DNA of 64,000 nucleotides from Octopus sinensis (Eukaryota), in NCBI RefSeq assembly GCF_006345805.1, contig NC_043014.1, positions 39,742,001 to 39,806,000 on the forward strand, read 5' to 3'. A program made the translations under genes and the position numbers. Under the pieces are notes generated by a model. The model searched no databases, was not told where the DNA came from, and worked only from the letters and a program-made list of their open reading frames with translations. Shown piece after piece: positions 40,401 through 53,034 of the stretch; position 1 is the stretch's first letter, and every line of letters starts with the position of its first letter.

Positions 40401-41601
40401 GTAAGTACTTACTACTTCCTTCATCCATTTCACTAGCAGTAGTAACTAGTGTTGCATGGGTCTTAATAAATTACCATGAAACTGCAGAAACAGGTGTACA
40501 GACAACAAGCAGGTGTATTCATTTGATGCTTGGGAAAGTGAGAAAGTCTTTTACATTTCGAGCATATGCTCTTCAGCAGAAAGGCATATGAGGAAATAAA
40601 CAGAGAGAGAATAAAAAAACACTTGTGGATTTAGCAATCAATCATGGTGACTGGTTGGAAAAAAGTAGTTTGACAGGAGAGCTAGGAAGAAGGGGAGATA
40701 CTCGCACACACATGTATGTGTGTGTGTCTTTGTGTTTGTCCTCCACCACTACTTAGAACCAGCATTGGTTGGTTTGTACCCCTGTAACTTAGCAGTTTGG
40801 CACAAGAGACCAATATAATAAGTACCAGGCTTAAAAAGTAATACTGGGGTTGATTTGTCTGATGAAACCCTTTGAGGTGGTGCTCCAGCATTGCCACAGT
40901 CAAAAGACTGAAATAAGTAAAAAAAAAAAAACAAGAGCACTCAGCGAGCGCAAAACTCCACCAAGGCAACACCGACATTCTCTCAATGATTAGCCAAAGA
41001 TGATTTTTAAAATGAGAATATCTGAAATAAACTCAACTGCTCTCACAAACAAGAATACTAAAAATGAACCCAACTGCTCTCAAAAATTAAGTGAAAAAAT
41101 GGAAAAATAATCCAGAATTCTTGTCTGATACTGGATCAACCACAAAATCTAATCAGTTTATGCTAGTCATGAGGCTGATCATTCCTGAAAGTTTCATCTG
41201 AATCCATCCAGCGGTTACCTCTGCCTTCGCTAAGGTGGAGGTAATAAAGCATGATGATGATGGCGATAACAGCAATGCTGTTTTTTTTCTTTTTTTTTTT
41301 TTCAAAATTTTTGCCAAGTCCAGCAGTTTCATGGGCAGTTGTAAGTCGATTACATTGACTTCAGTGCTCAGCTGGTACTTATTTTATTGACTCTGAAAGG
41401 ATGAAACACTAAGTCAACCTTAGTGACCTTTGAACTAAGAGCATAAAGCATTTTGTCTGGCGTGCTAATGAACTTGAAGTTAATATTAATTAAACAATAA
41501 TGCATCTATTGATCCTTAATATGTTTTGGCAGCTTCACATGTAATTAATTATCTGATTATCATTGTTTTTCATCAATAGAGAACATCTCCTTTCTGTAGT
41601 T

Positions 41602-42355
41602 CAGTGGTTTTCAAATAGGATCCATACGAACCCTGAGGGTCCACATAAAACTTTTGGGGGTCCACGCATCAAAATAATAAATTTAAGGTCCCCTGAAAAA
41701 ATGTTGCTTTAGATGTATGTATTGGTATGTATTGCAAGAAACAGCTGGGTTTCTTTCTCTAACAGTTTATTTAGTTCATCATACACAATTCGGATCTTTT
41801 CGGTTTGAACGGCAGTTTTTTATAGCGATGTCATATGAAATTGTCACCCATAATTATGACCCTAGTATCAATCTATTGCATTTCAATATGTTTTAGGGTT
41901 AGGGTTAGGGTGGGGGGAACGGTATCTTTTTTTCTTCACAAATGTAAATAAACCCAATCTGTTTCTTAAACGAGGGACATATTCATACGGCACAGAATGT
42001 TTTCACCTCAATAGACGTCACTGATTGGTTGAAATTGCAGAAATTGAAGAAAAAACAACAACAAATATCTTACAAACTATAGAATTTTCTCAATAAAGCA
42101 AAGAGAAAAAGATGTTTTATAAACACATTCTACCAGTATACGAAGTTTAAAATTTTTTAGTTACCTAGAAATTATGTTAAAAACTGCCGTTCAAACTGAA
42201 AAGATCCCACAATTCTAATATGCGAAACACAAAATAGGAATTTAGAAAAAAGTATCCATAAGACTAGTTTTTAAACATTGAATGACTCTGAGGTCCATTA
42301 GAATAAAATGCTAATCAAAGGGATCCATAGATAAAGAAATGGTTGAGAACCCCTG
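41602..42355. mobile_element. hAT-type MITE interrupted by a GGATC-TIR MITE
   Basis: CAGTGGTTTTCAA ... TTGAGAACCCCTG termini; TSD not evident. Confidence 0.7.
41792..42207 (+). mobile_element. GGATC-TIR MITE (about 27-bp TIR, 8-bp TSD)
   Basis: GGATCTTTTCGGTTTGAACGGCAGTTTT ... AAAACTGCCGTTCAAACTGAAAAGATCC; CACAATTC at 41784-91 and 42208-15. Superfamily not assigned. Confidence 0.9.
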
Positions 42356-45300
42356 CATGACACATGATTCACCAGTGTAAGGGGGACTTTGAGACACAAT
42401 GGTGTTTTGACCTCATTGCAAATCTCATCAGTGGAAACTACTCCTACTGGACCGATGAATTTGACAAGAGCATGGCTCAGGAGAAATGAGGTCAAACTAC
42501 TGTGGTGTCTTAAAGTACCCTTACACTGGTGAATCATGTGTGCTATGAACAAATATTATCTAAAGGGACGGGGTGGTCTTTTTTGACAGAAAAACCCAAC
42601 AGCCTCGAGCTGGCAGAATCGTTAGCAAGCTGGGCGAAATGCTTCGTGGTATTTCGTCTGCCACTATGTTTTGAGTTCAAATTCTGCCAAGGTTGACTTT
42701 GCCTTTCATCCTTTCAGGGTCGATTAAATAAGTACCAGTTACGCACTGGGTCAATATAATCGACTTAATCCATTTGTCTGTCCTTGTTTGTCCCCTCTGT
42801 GTGTAGCTCCTTGTGGGCAGTAAAGAAATAAGATATTCATGTTCAAATCTGCCAGAAAGTATTAAAAATGAATAGAGATGTTATTGTTTGGATTTTCGCT
42901 GTTCTGTGTGTACTCCATGAATAATACTGGCTTCAAAATTTGGCACAAGGCCAGCAATTTTTGAGGTGGGGGCCAGTCAATTACACCAGCAAAGTTGATT
43001 TTGGCAGAATTTGAACCCAGAATGTAAAAATGGACGAAATGCCACAAAGCATTTTGCTTGGTGTGCTAGCTTTCCACCCTACGCCTTGAATAATATTAAT
43101 TAGAAATGAAGTTGAATATATTCTGTGAAGGCACATGACTCGGTGATAGGTGTGTCGGGCTCACAATCATGAGGTAGTGAGTTTGATTCCCTGACCAGGC
43201 TGTGTGTTGTGTTCTTGAGCAAGACACTTTATTTCACATTGCTCCAGTTGACTAAGCCGTAGAAATGACTTGCAACATTGGTGCCAAGCTGTATCAGCCT
43301 TTGCCTTTCCCTTGGATAACATCGGTATCATGGAGAGGGGAGGCTTGTACGCTTGAGCAACTGATGGTCTTCCATAAACAACCTTGCCCGGTCTTGTGCC
43401 TCAGAAGGTAACTTTCTAGCTGTAATCCTGTGGTCATTCATGACCGAGGTGTGTGTGTGTGGGGGGGTCTTATGTTCTATGAAATTGATAGTTGACCGAA
43501 ATCAAACTCAAGGAATAATTGTTATTACCAATTTATCACAAGATATTGATTATAGAATCAGTTTTTAAACCTCCAAGGTCTATAAATAGTGAATGTCAAG
43601 ATTCGGTCAAGTGGAATAATATGTTGTATGATGTGCCATATACAACTGAATGGAAAAAATGGCGGCAGTGTGTGGGTGTGTTCTGTAAGAATTTAAGTTG
43701 ATATGGTTGCTGAATGGTTGATATAGCAGTGGTGGCGGTGTGTGTGTGTCCTGTAAGAATTTAAGTTGATATGGTTGCTGAAAGTTTCTCCAGTCTTTCA
43801 CATGGAAATTCTAGATTATGTTCGGTATTAACATTCCCATGCAAATTTTCCAACTATGCCCTTTACCTTGGACAGGATGGCTGTATAGTTAAGACATTCA
43901 CTTTGCAACCACATGGTTTTGGGGTTTAGTCCCAATGCGCAGCGTCTTGAGCAAGTGTCTTCTACTCTAGCCTCAGGTCAACCAATGCTTTGTGAGTGAA
44001 TTTGGTTGATGGAAACTGTGTGGAAGCTCATCACATGTGTCTGTGTGTCTTTATTCTTGTGTCTGATCTCCACCACATGACAACTACCATTGACTTGTTT
44101 CAGTTCTTGTAACTTAGCAAACTTTGGCAAAGGAGTGGCTGTGTGGTAAGTAGCTTCCTTACCAACCACATGGTTCCGGGTTCAGTCCCACTGCATGGTA
44201 CCTTGGGCAAGTGTCTTCTACTATAGCCTCGGGCTGACCAAAGCCTTGTGAGTGGATTTGGTAGACGGAAACTGAAAGAAGTCCGTCGTATATATGTATA
44301 TTTGTGTGTATGTGTGTGTGTGTGTGTGTGTGTGTATGTCTATTTGTCCCCCAATATCGCTTGACAACTGATGCTGGTGTGTTTACGTCCCCGTAACTTA
44401 GCAATTCAGCAAAAGAGACCAATAGAATAAGTACTACGCTTACAAAGAATAAGTCCTGGGGTTGATTTCTTCGACTAAAGGCGGTGCTCCAGCATGGCCG
44501 CAGTCAGATGACTGAAACAAGTGAAAGAGTAAAAGAGTAAAGGAGACCAATAGAATAAGTACCAGACTTAAAAAATAAGTCCTGGAATCAAGCTGTTGGA
44601 CTAAAACTCTCCGAGGCAGTGCTCCAGCTTGGCTATAGTCTAGTAAGTGAAACAAGTAAAAGTTAAACGATGAAATAATTATTAAAAGCTGTAATGATTT
44701 TATTTGAAAATAATGCAATGGCTTCTAATTAAAAGTATCATGTCGATTATGTTACCTAACAAGATATGGGGAGATCTTCACTTGTTTCTTGGGAAAATAG
44801 TTTATACATAAATGCCTGTAAATGGGAAATACAGATAATATTAGTACAAATAGTTATGCGAGTTTAACAGGAAATAGTGGCTGGCAATATTTGTTTTTCC
44901 ACTCTATTCTCTTTCAAGTAGTCTGAGTTAAGTTTTATGGCCCATAGCAGAAATAATTGGCCTAAATTTAACCACTTAGGTTGAACATCATTATTAAGTT
45001 TATATGAATTGAATTGCTACAGACTTGCTGGAAGGTAGCAGTTGTATTTGATTCTTTGATGCTTCTTGGTTTGATTTAAGGAAATTAGTGATGGTTTGTC
45101 TCCAAGCACTCTCCTGAAAATAAATTTGTCTTTCTGGAAGTGTCAAAATATTTACTAGAAGTTAATTTAATCAACTCTATACTCTCTCTTTACTCTTTAC
45201 TCTTTACTCTTTTACTTGTTTCAGTCATTTGACTGTGGCCATGCTGGAGCATCACCTTTAGTCAAGCAACCACTTCTGGCAGTGCCATGTAAAAGTGGCC

Positions 45301-45629
45301 ATGTGGTGCCATGTAAAAGCACCCATACAGTGCCACATGAAAGTTCCTGTGTAGCGTCCCATGAAAGTGCCTGTGTGGTGTCACGTAAAAGTGCCCATGC
45401 AGTGCTATGTAAAAACACCCAGCACACTCTGTAAAGTAGTTGGTGTTAGGAAGGGCATCCAGCTGTAGAAACCATGCCAAATCAGATTGGAGTCTGGTGC
45501 AGCTTTCCAGCCCTGGTCAAACCATCCAACCCATACCAGCACAGACAGCAGACGTTAAATGATGATGTGTTTGTTTATTATTAGAATGGCATTGTATGGT
45601 TAGTTAGTTAGTTAATTCTTTGGCTCAAA

Positions 45630-45965
45630 AAGCAAAAAGCAAGGTCATGTAGGGAGACATGGAGTTATGTACAGGGTGGTGTTCAGGTAAAGAGTTCAGG
45701 CCACTTGTAGTCAAGGGAGACTTTGAACCGAGTGGTCGTCGGCATCTTCACCATCTCGTCCGGCAGCTTATTCCATGGATCTGCAACTCGGACGGAGAAA
45801 GCCCCTCTCCTTCGATTGAGATGAAATCATCGCAGATAGAGCTTTTTGGAATGACCCCGCAGCCGACGCTCTGGAGCAGGAGTGAAGAACAGCTCTTTCG
45901 AGAGGTTACACTTTCCGCTTATGATGTTGTGAGCAAGAATGAGATCACCACGGCGGCGGCGTTTT
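45630..45965 (-). mobile_element. CR1/L2-clade LINE 3' fragment
   Basis: Minus strand RRRRGDLILAHNIISG...LRGHSKKL...FSVRVADPWNKLP, the conserved CR1 C-terminal motif. Confidence 0.85.
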
Positions 45966-46525
45966 TCTAAAAACAGGCAGAATATTTTGGGCTGAATAAA
46001 GCCAGTTTAAACAACCAAGGGTTAAAGTTTCAACTAAGGTTACAAAATTCTGATTGGCTGAAATAACATAATTTCTAGGTCCTTTCTTGTTCAAGTCACA
46101 ATCTGTTTATCCCTTAATTTTTAAACTTTTATTTTATATGGAAAAGACCTAAGAAATTAGCCTAAATTTGCTTACTTTCATACCACTCCTGTCCACAAAT
46201 ATTTCACTTACTGTATTCTAGAAGATACAAAGATATGAGAGATTTTTCTTCCTTTAAAATTAATCCAGAAATTATAGAGCTTCACAGAATCTAGCATGGT
46301 TGTAAGCATTTTTTTGTTCTAAACAAATGCTATTTAGACAATGCTATTTGTTCTTGTTTTCTTACCAGAACATGTCTTTACATGCCATACCTTACAGTTA
46401 TTTATTATCTTATTGTCATTACTTACATCCTCAAAACTTTTATTATGAACAAGGTAACTTTATTCTCTGCTTTGTTTTCTTCTCAAGCCTATATTTTAAC
46501 ACTTTAACTTATTTATTGTTTTTTT

Positions 46526-46937
46526 GGATCTTTTCGGTTTGAACGGCAGTTTTTAAAAAATAATTTCCACGTAACTAAACACTTTTAAACTTCGTATACT
46601 GGTAGAATGTGTTTATAAAACATCTTTTTCTCTTGGCTTTATTGAGAAAATTCTATGGTTTGTAAGATATTTGTTGTTTTTTTTTCTTCAATTTCTGCAA
46701 TTTCAACCAATCAAACACGTCTATTGAGGTAAAAAACATTCTGTGCCGTATGAATATGTCCCTCGTTTAAGAGACAGGTTGGGTTTATTTACATTTGGGA
46801 AGAAAAAAAGATACCGTTCCCCCACCCTAACCCTAAAAGAGATTGAAATGCAATAGATCGATTCTAGGGTCATAATTATGGGTGACAATTTCATATGACA
46901 CCGCTAGAAAAAACTGCTGTTCAAACTGAAAAGATCC
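46526..46937 (-). mobile_element. GGATC-TIR MITE, inverted relative to 41792-42207
   Basis: Same TIRs, internal sequence is the reverse complement of the first copy; partial tandem ends also at 6874-7092. Confidence 0.88.
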
Positions 46938-48173
46938 GGTTTTTTTTTCAAAAAAATATTTCAACAGTATTTATTGAAATATAAATGTGTTTTTAAACAC
47001 TCAAGATAAATACTAACATCACCACACTTTTTTAACACTCATTTAGCACTCATTTTAACACTCATTTGCATAGTTCATAAAACGAACCATTGCCACAGTT
47101 CTCTCTGTTGCCATCATTGGTTACAGTGTTATTCTTCCTTCACCCTACCTGTCGCTACACTCCCTATGCTCTTCTTGCATTAAATCACTCGCTCATATGT
47201 GTTACTCAGTTTCCTATTTCGTTCAGGTATATCTAGCGGGGTTATTAACTGTAGGTGGCATTTTTTGATATCTGGTATTGAAAATGTTTCATGTGTATTT
47301 AGTGGTCACTATACTCTTTTTACTCTTTTACTTGTTTCATGTCAGTATACTCTTTTACTTGTTTCAGTCATTTGACTGTGGCCATGCTGGAGCATCGCCT
47401 TTAGTCAAGCAAATCGATCCCAGGACTTATTCTTTGTAAGCCTAGTATTTATTCTATCAGTCTCTTTTGCCGAACTGCTAAGTTACGGGGACGTAAGTGT
47501 TAAGCGATGTTGGGGGGACAAACACAGACACACATACATACATATATATATCATCATCATCATCATCGTTTAACGTCCGTTTTCCGCGCTAGCACGGGTT
47601 GGATGGTTTGACCGGGGTCTGGGAAGCCAGGGGCTGCTCCAGGCTCCAGTCTGATCTGGCAGAGTTTCTACGGCTGGATGCCCTTCCTAACGCCAACCAC
47701 TCCGCGAGTGGAGTGGGTGCTTTTTACGTGCCACCTGCACAGGTGCCAGGGTGGGTCTGGCATCGATCACGATCGGTTCGAGCTTTTAACGTGCCAGCGG
47801 CACGGAAGCCAGCCAAGGCGGCGCTGGCATCGGTCACGTTTGGATGGTGCTTTTTGGGGGTGCAGGTAATATAGGGAAGCACCAGTGGGGAGGATTGGGG
47901 TGAGGAACGATGACAGCTAGGGTTGATGCAGGTTCGTAGGAAATAAAACGTAGGACTTCACGAGTGGGGGAGGGGACTGGAAGGAGATAGCCGGTTGAGG
48001 CAGTGACAGATTCAAAAACAGGAGGAAACGTAGGATAGGTGGGGGGGGGGTTGATGAGCTGCAGCGCTAGCTGCTTGTCTTGGTGGGGGGGGTAACACAC
48101 AGTGAAAGCATGTGAGGAGGAGGGGTAGGAGGGAGAGACACACGTAATGGTGGTGAGGGAGGGCATATCCGGT

Positions 48174-48403
48174 GAGAACAGTGTTCACCGGTATTGGTGG
48201 TGGGGGTGGGAAAGGGCGGGAGAACAGTGTTCACCGGTATTGGTGGTGGGGGTGGGAAAGGGCGGGAGAACAGTGTTCACCGGTATTGGTGGTGGGGGTG
48301 GGAAAGGGCGGGAGAACAGTGTTCACCGGTATTGGTGGTGGGGGTGGGAAAGGGCGGGAGAACAGTGTTCACCGGTATTGGTGGTGGGGGTGGGAAAGGG
48401 CGG
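48174..48403 (+). repeat. 5 x 46-bp G-rich minisatellite
   Basis: GAGAACAGTGTTCACCGGTATTGGTGGTGGGGGTGGGAAAGGGCGG at 48174, 48220, 48266, 48312, 48358, all identical. Confidence 0.95.
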
Positions 48404-48412
48404 GAGCACCGC

Positions 48413-48862
48413 GAATGGTGAAGATCGAATTAAAGGATTGAAGGTTCTTTAGAGAAACGGGCGGAAATGGCGATGTTTTTAGGGTGGCATAGAGAAAGAA
48501 AAGGAAAGCAAAGCAGATTGGTGGTTATAAGTTCAAAACATTTAAACGGTAGACAAATGTATGTATGTATGTATGTATGAAAAAGAAGGGAGAAAATCTT
48601 CTTAGCTTGCTTATGGACATCGCTGTAAGTCGGAGAAGAAATGATAGTGAATGGTGGAGATCGAATTAAAGGATTGAAGGTTCTTTAGAGAAACGGGCGG
48701 GAATGGCGATGTTTTTAGGGTGGCATAGAGAAAGAAAAGGAAAGCAAAGCAGATTGGTGGTTATAAGTTCAAAACATTTAAACGGTAGACAAATGTATGT
48801 ATGTATGTATGTATGTATGAAAAAGAAGGGAGAAAATCTTCTTAGCTTGCTTATGGACATCG

Positions 48863-48867
<5 letters not shown>
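48413..48867 (+). repeat. Direct duplication of about 215 bp with 21-bp spacer
   Basis: 48413-48627 repeats at 48649-48867; differences include one extra GTAT unit. Confidence 0.93.
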
Positions 48868-48904
<37 letters not shown>

Positions 48905-50525
48905 GGCTTCTTTCAGTTTCCATCTACCAAATCCACTCACAAGGCTTTGGTCAGCCCGAGGCTATAGTAGAAGACACTTGCCCAAGGTGCCATGCAGTGG
49001 GACTGAACACTATTGTTGAAATATTTTAAAATATTTTCTGAGTATAACTGATTTTATTGCTCATAAATTTTAACAATAAAATCTCATGACCATATGGAAC
49101 CCAGTAAACAGCCACTGCTCTACAGTATCAAATGATTGTGAGTAAAAATACTATTTGAATACTTTGCTCAGTGAGCAAAGATGATTTGGGTTAATCAATA
49201 ACTTTGTACTTTAATATTTTCTAAGTAGTTTAGAAAAGGCAGTGAGTTGGCAGAATCATTAGTGCATTGGGTAAAATTCTTAGCTGCATTTCTTAGTTCT
49301 AATACTACCTTGGTCAACTTTGCTTTTCATCCTTTCAGAGTTATCACCATATCACCATTATCACTTAAACTTACATTTTTCCATGCTTGTATGAGTCAGA
49401 CAGCATTTATTGAGGCAGATTTTCTATGGCTGGATGCCCTTCCTGTTGCTAACCCTCACTTGTTTCCAAGCAAGTTTATATTTCCCTGTGACCAGACAGC
49501 TATCACGCAATATCAAGACAAGGAGACACAAACATGCATACACTCATATGATGGGCTTCTTTCAGTTTTTGTCTACCAAATCCATTCATAAGGCTTTGGT
49601 CGGCCTGGGGCAATAGTAGAGGGCACTTGCTTTAACTTGCCACACAGTGGGACTGAACCCAAAACCATGAGGTTGGGAATCAAACTTCTTACCACATGAC
49701 CACACCTACGTGGTCAACAAAGTACCAGTCAGTTACTGGGGTTGATGTAATTGACTTGCTGCTTCCCTCTAACACTGCTGGCCTTGTGCCAAAATTGAAA
49801 CTTATTGGGCCCTGATAGTAATTTTTGACTCGACCAATCCTATGACTGGCACCCGGCAGTTGCCAGTGCCGCTGGACTGACTCCTGTGCAGGTGGCAAGT
49901 AAAGAAACACCGTTTTGACCCAGTGCTTGAGGAGACCTATTGAGTCAAGTACACCAACATCAAAAATCAATGGAAATTGTAGTTGTGATCCCTGTGCCGG
50001 TGGCATGTAAAAAGCACCATCCAAACGTGGCCAATGCCAGTGCCGCCTTGACTGGCTTCTGTGCCGGTGGCATGTAAAAAGCGCCAATCTGATCGTGGCC
50101 ATTTGCCAGCTTCCTCTGGCACGTAAAAAGCACCCACTACACTCATGGAGTGGTTGGCGTTAGGAAGGGCATCCAGCTGTAGAAACACTGCCAGATCAGA
50201 CTGGAGCTTGGTACAGCCTTCTGGCTTCCCAGATCCCGGTCGAACTGTCCAACCCATGCTAGCATGGAAAACGGACGTTAAACGATGATGATGATGATGA
50301 TGATGATGTGTACTTTATCATATTCATCTCTCTAATCAAAACTGCCACTTTTCTACCATTTCAAACACCTCATCAATGATTATAAATCACTCCTGTCATC
50401 TTTCATTGATTATAAGATAATAACTCATTTCTGTACACGATCACTTAGATGAACAGTATTTTGAAATAGGTGAAGAACATAGAAATAAAAATGAAAATGT
50501 TGAATACCTAGTTGTCTGGCTGTTA

Positions 50526-51454
50526 GACAGATTTCTTGTAAAGGGTACTTATTGTAAACTGTATCAATTTTGAAAAGATGTTGCATCAGAAATAATATGT
50601 TGCATCAGGAGTGGCTGTGTGGTAAGTAGCTTGCTTACCAAGACAGATTTCTTGTAAAGGGTACTTATTGTAAACTGTATCAATTTTGAAAAGATGTTGC
50701 ATCAGAAATAATATGTTGCATCAGGAGTGGCTGTGTAGTAAGTAGCTTGCTTACCAAGACAGATTTCTTGTAAAGGGTACTTATTGTAAACTGTATCAAT
50801 TTTGAAAAGATTGTTGCATCAGAAATAATATGTTGCATCAGGAGTGGCTGTGTGGTAAGTAGCTTGCTTACCAAGACAGATTTCTTGTAAAGGGTACTTA
50901 TTGTAAACTGTATCGATTTTGAAAAGATGTTGCATCAGAAATAATATGTTGCATCAGGAGTGGCTGTGTGGTAAGTAGCTTGCTTACCAAGACAGATTTC
51001 TTGTAAAGGGTACTTATTGTAAACTGTATCAATTTTGAAAAGATGTTGCATCAGAAATAATATGTTGCATCAGGAGTGGCTGTGTGGTAAGTAGCTTGCT
51101 TACCAAGACAGATTTCTTGTAAAGGGTACTTATTGTAAACTGTATCAATTTTGAAAAGATGTTGCATCAGAAATAATATGTTGCATCAGGAGTGGCTGTG
51201 TGGTAAGTAGCTTGCTTACCAAGACAGATTTCTTGTAAAGGGTACTTATTGTAAACTGTATCAATTTTGAAAAGATGTTGCATCAGAAATAATATGTTGC
51301 ATCAGGAGTGGCTGTGTGGTAAGTAGCTTGCTTACCAAGACAGATTTCTTGTAAAGGGTACTTATTGTAAACTGTATCAATTTTGAAAAGATGTTGCATC
51401 AGAAATAATATGTTGCATCAGGAGTGGCTATGTGGTAAGTAGCTTGCTTACCAA
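50526..51454 (+). repeat. Tandem array of 8 x 116 bp; each unit is 80 bp flank + 36 bp SINE head
   Basis: Units start at 50526, 50642, 50758, 50875, 50991, 51107, 51223, 51339; the last runs into a complete family A SINE. Confidence 0.95.
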
Positions 51455-52089
51455 CCAGATGGTTCCGGGTTCAGTCCCACTGCGTGGCACCTTGGGCAAG
51501 TGTCTTCTACTATAGCCTCAGGCCGACCAAAGCCTTGTGAGTGGATTTAGTAGACGGAAACTGAAAGAAGCCCGTTGTATATATGTATATATATATATAT
51601 GTGTGTGTGTTTGTGTGTCTGTGTTTGTCCCCCCAACATCGTTTGACAACCGATGCTGGTGTGTTTATGTCCCCGTAACTTAGCGGTTTGGCAAAAGAGA
51701 CCGATAGTATAAGTACTAGGCTTACAAAGAATAAGTCCTGGGGTCGATTTCCTCGACTAAAGGTGATGCTCCAGCATGGCCACAGTCAAATGGCTGAAAC
51801 CCCCAAAAAAATGTGACATTTTTGGCACAGCTGATTTGGCATCACTGATTCAACACTGACTTGTTTTTTTTTTTTTCCACTATAGGCATGAGACCTAATT
51901 TTGGTAATATTTGATAGAGAAATAATACCTTGTTTGGGAATAACAGATTATATTACTAGCTGGTCCTGTGCCATCAAAAATGACAGCTAATTGTAGTAGT
52001 TTATATATGTAAATAAAGGACATAATAATCACACATACAAACATTCACACACTTCCCTTGTACATTCATGCACATACGCACATATATTT

Positions 52090-52620
52090 ACACAGAGTTG
52101 AAACTCTTTGATTTTTCTTTTCAGCATTGAGTGTTCATTCACACATACATTTACATTTTCCCATCACCCTTGCCTTCCTTATTCATCTATCACCCCTTCC
52201 TTTTTCATTCACATGTTGTGATGGAGAAAAACAAAAGAGTACAAGGGTATTGTTATATCACCATCCCACTTCCATTGCATACACACACGCACATGCACAA
52301 ACATTCACATACATCTGTTTTTACATACACACACATATACTCACACAGAGTTGAAACGCTGTTTGATTTTTTTCACCCCTTCCTTTCTCATTCACATGTT
52401 GTGACGGAGAAAAACACGAGTACAAGAGTATTATTATATCACCATCCCACTTCCATTGCATACGCACACACACACATACACACATGAACAAACAATCACA
52501 TGCCTCCGTTTTTACATACACACACATATACTAACACAGAGTTGAAACGCTGTTTGATTTTTTTTCACCCCTTCCTTCCTTCCTTCCTTCCTTCCTTCGT
52601 CTATCACTCCTTCCTTTCTC
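52090..52620 (+). repeat. Diverged tandem triplication (about 190-250 bp units)
   Basis: ACAGAGTTGAAAC recurs at about 52092, 52345, 52536; TTCACATGTTGTGA..CACCATCCCACTTCCATTGCATAC block occurs twice. Confidence 0.85.
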
Positions 52621-53034
52621 ATTCATATGAGAAAGACACGAGTATTATCATAGTAGAGATTTTATTGATCTCAGAAGAATAAAAGGCAAAGTCGACCTCT
52701 GCAGAATTTGAACTCAGAATGTAAAGCTTGAAGAAATATCACAAAGCATTCTGTTCAGCATTGTTATGAATCTGGCAGCTCGCTACCTTGATATAATGGT
52801 AACCCTTTCTACTATAGGCACAGGGCCTGCAATTTTAGGGGAGAGATTAAGTTAATTACATTGACCCCAGTGCTCAACTGGTACTTATTTTATTGACCCA
52901 GAAAGGTAGAATCAACCCTGGTAGAACTTGAACTCAGTATGTTAAAGCCAGACAAAATGCTGCAAAGCCTTTTGTCTGGATTGCTAACAATTGTACCAGC
53001 CTTCATAGCTGACTTCTTTGATATCAGACCTTTT

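Noticed and set aside
41893-41910. (TTAGGG)3 as a telomere or chromosome-fusion scar
   Set aside because: It is internal to a MITE and recurs as CCCTAA in the second copy at about 46825.
50526-51454. 116-bp array, 46-bp array (48174) and 21-bp array (16410) as possible CRISPR-like arrays
   Set aside because: Units are contiguous with no unique spacers, there are no cas genes, and the context is eukaryotic.
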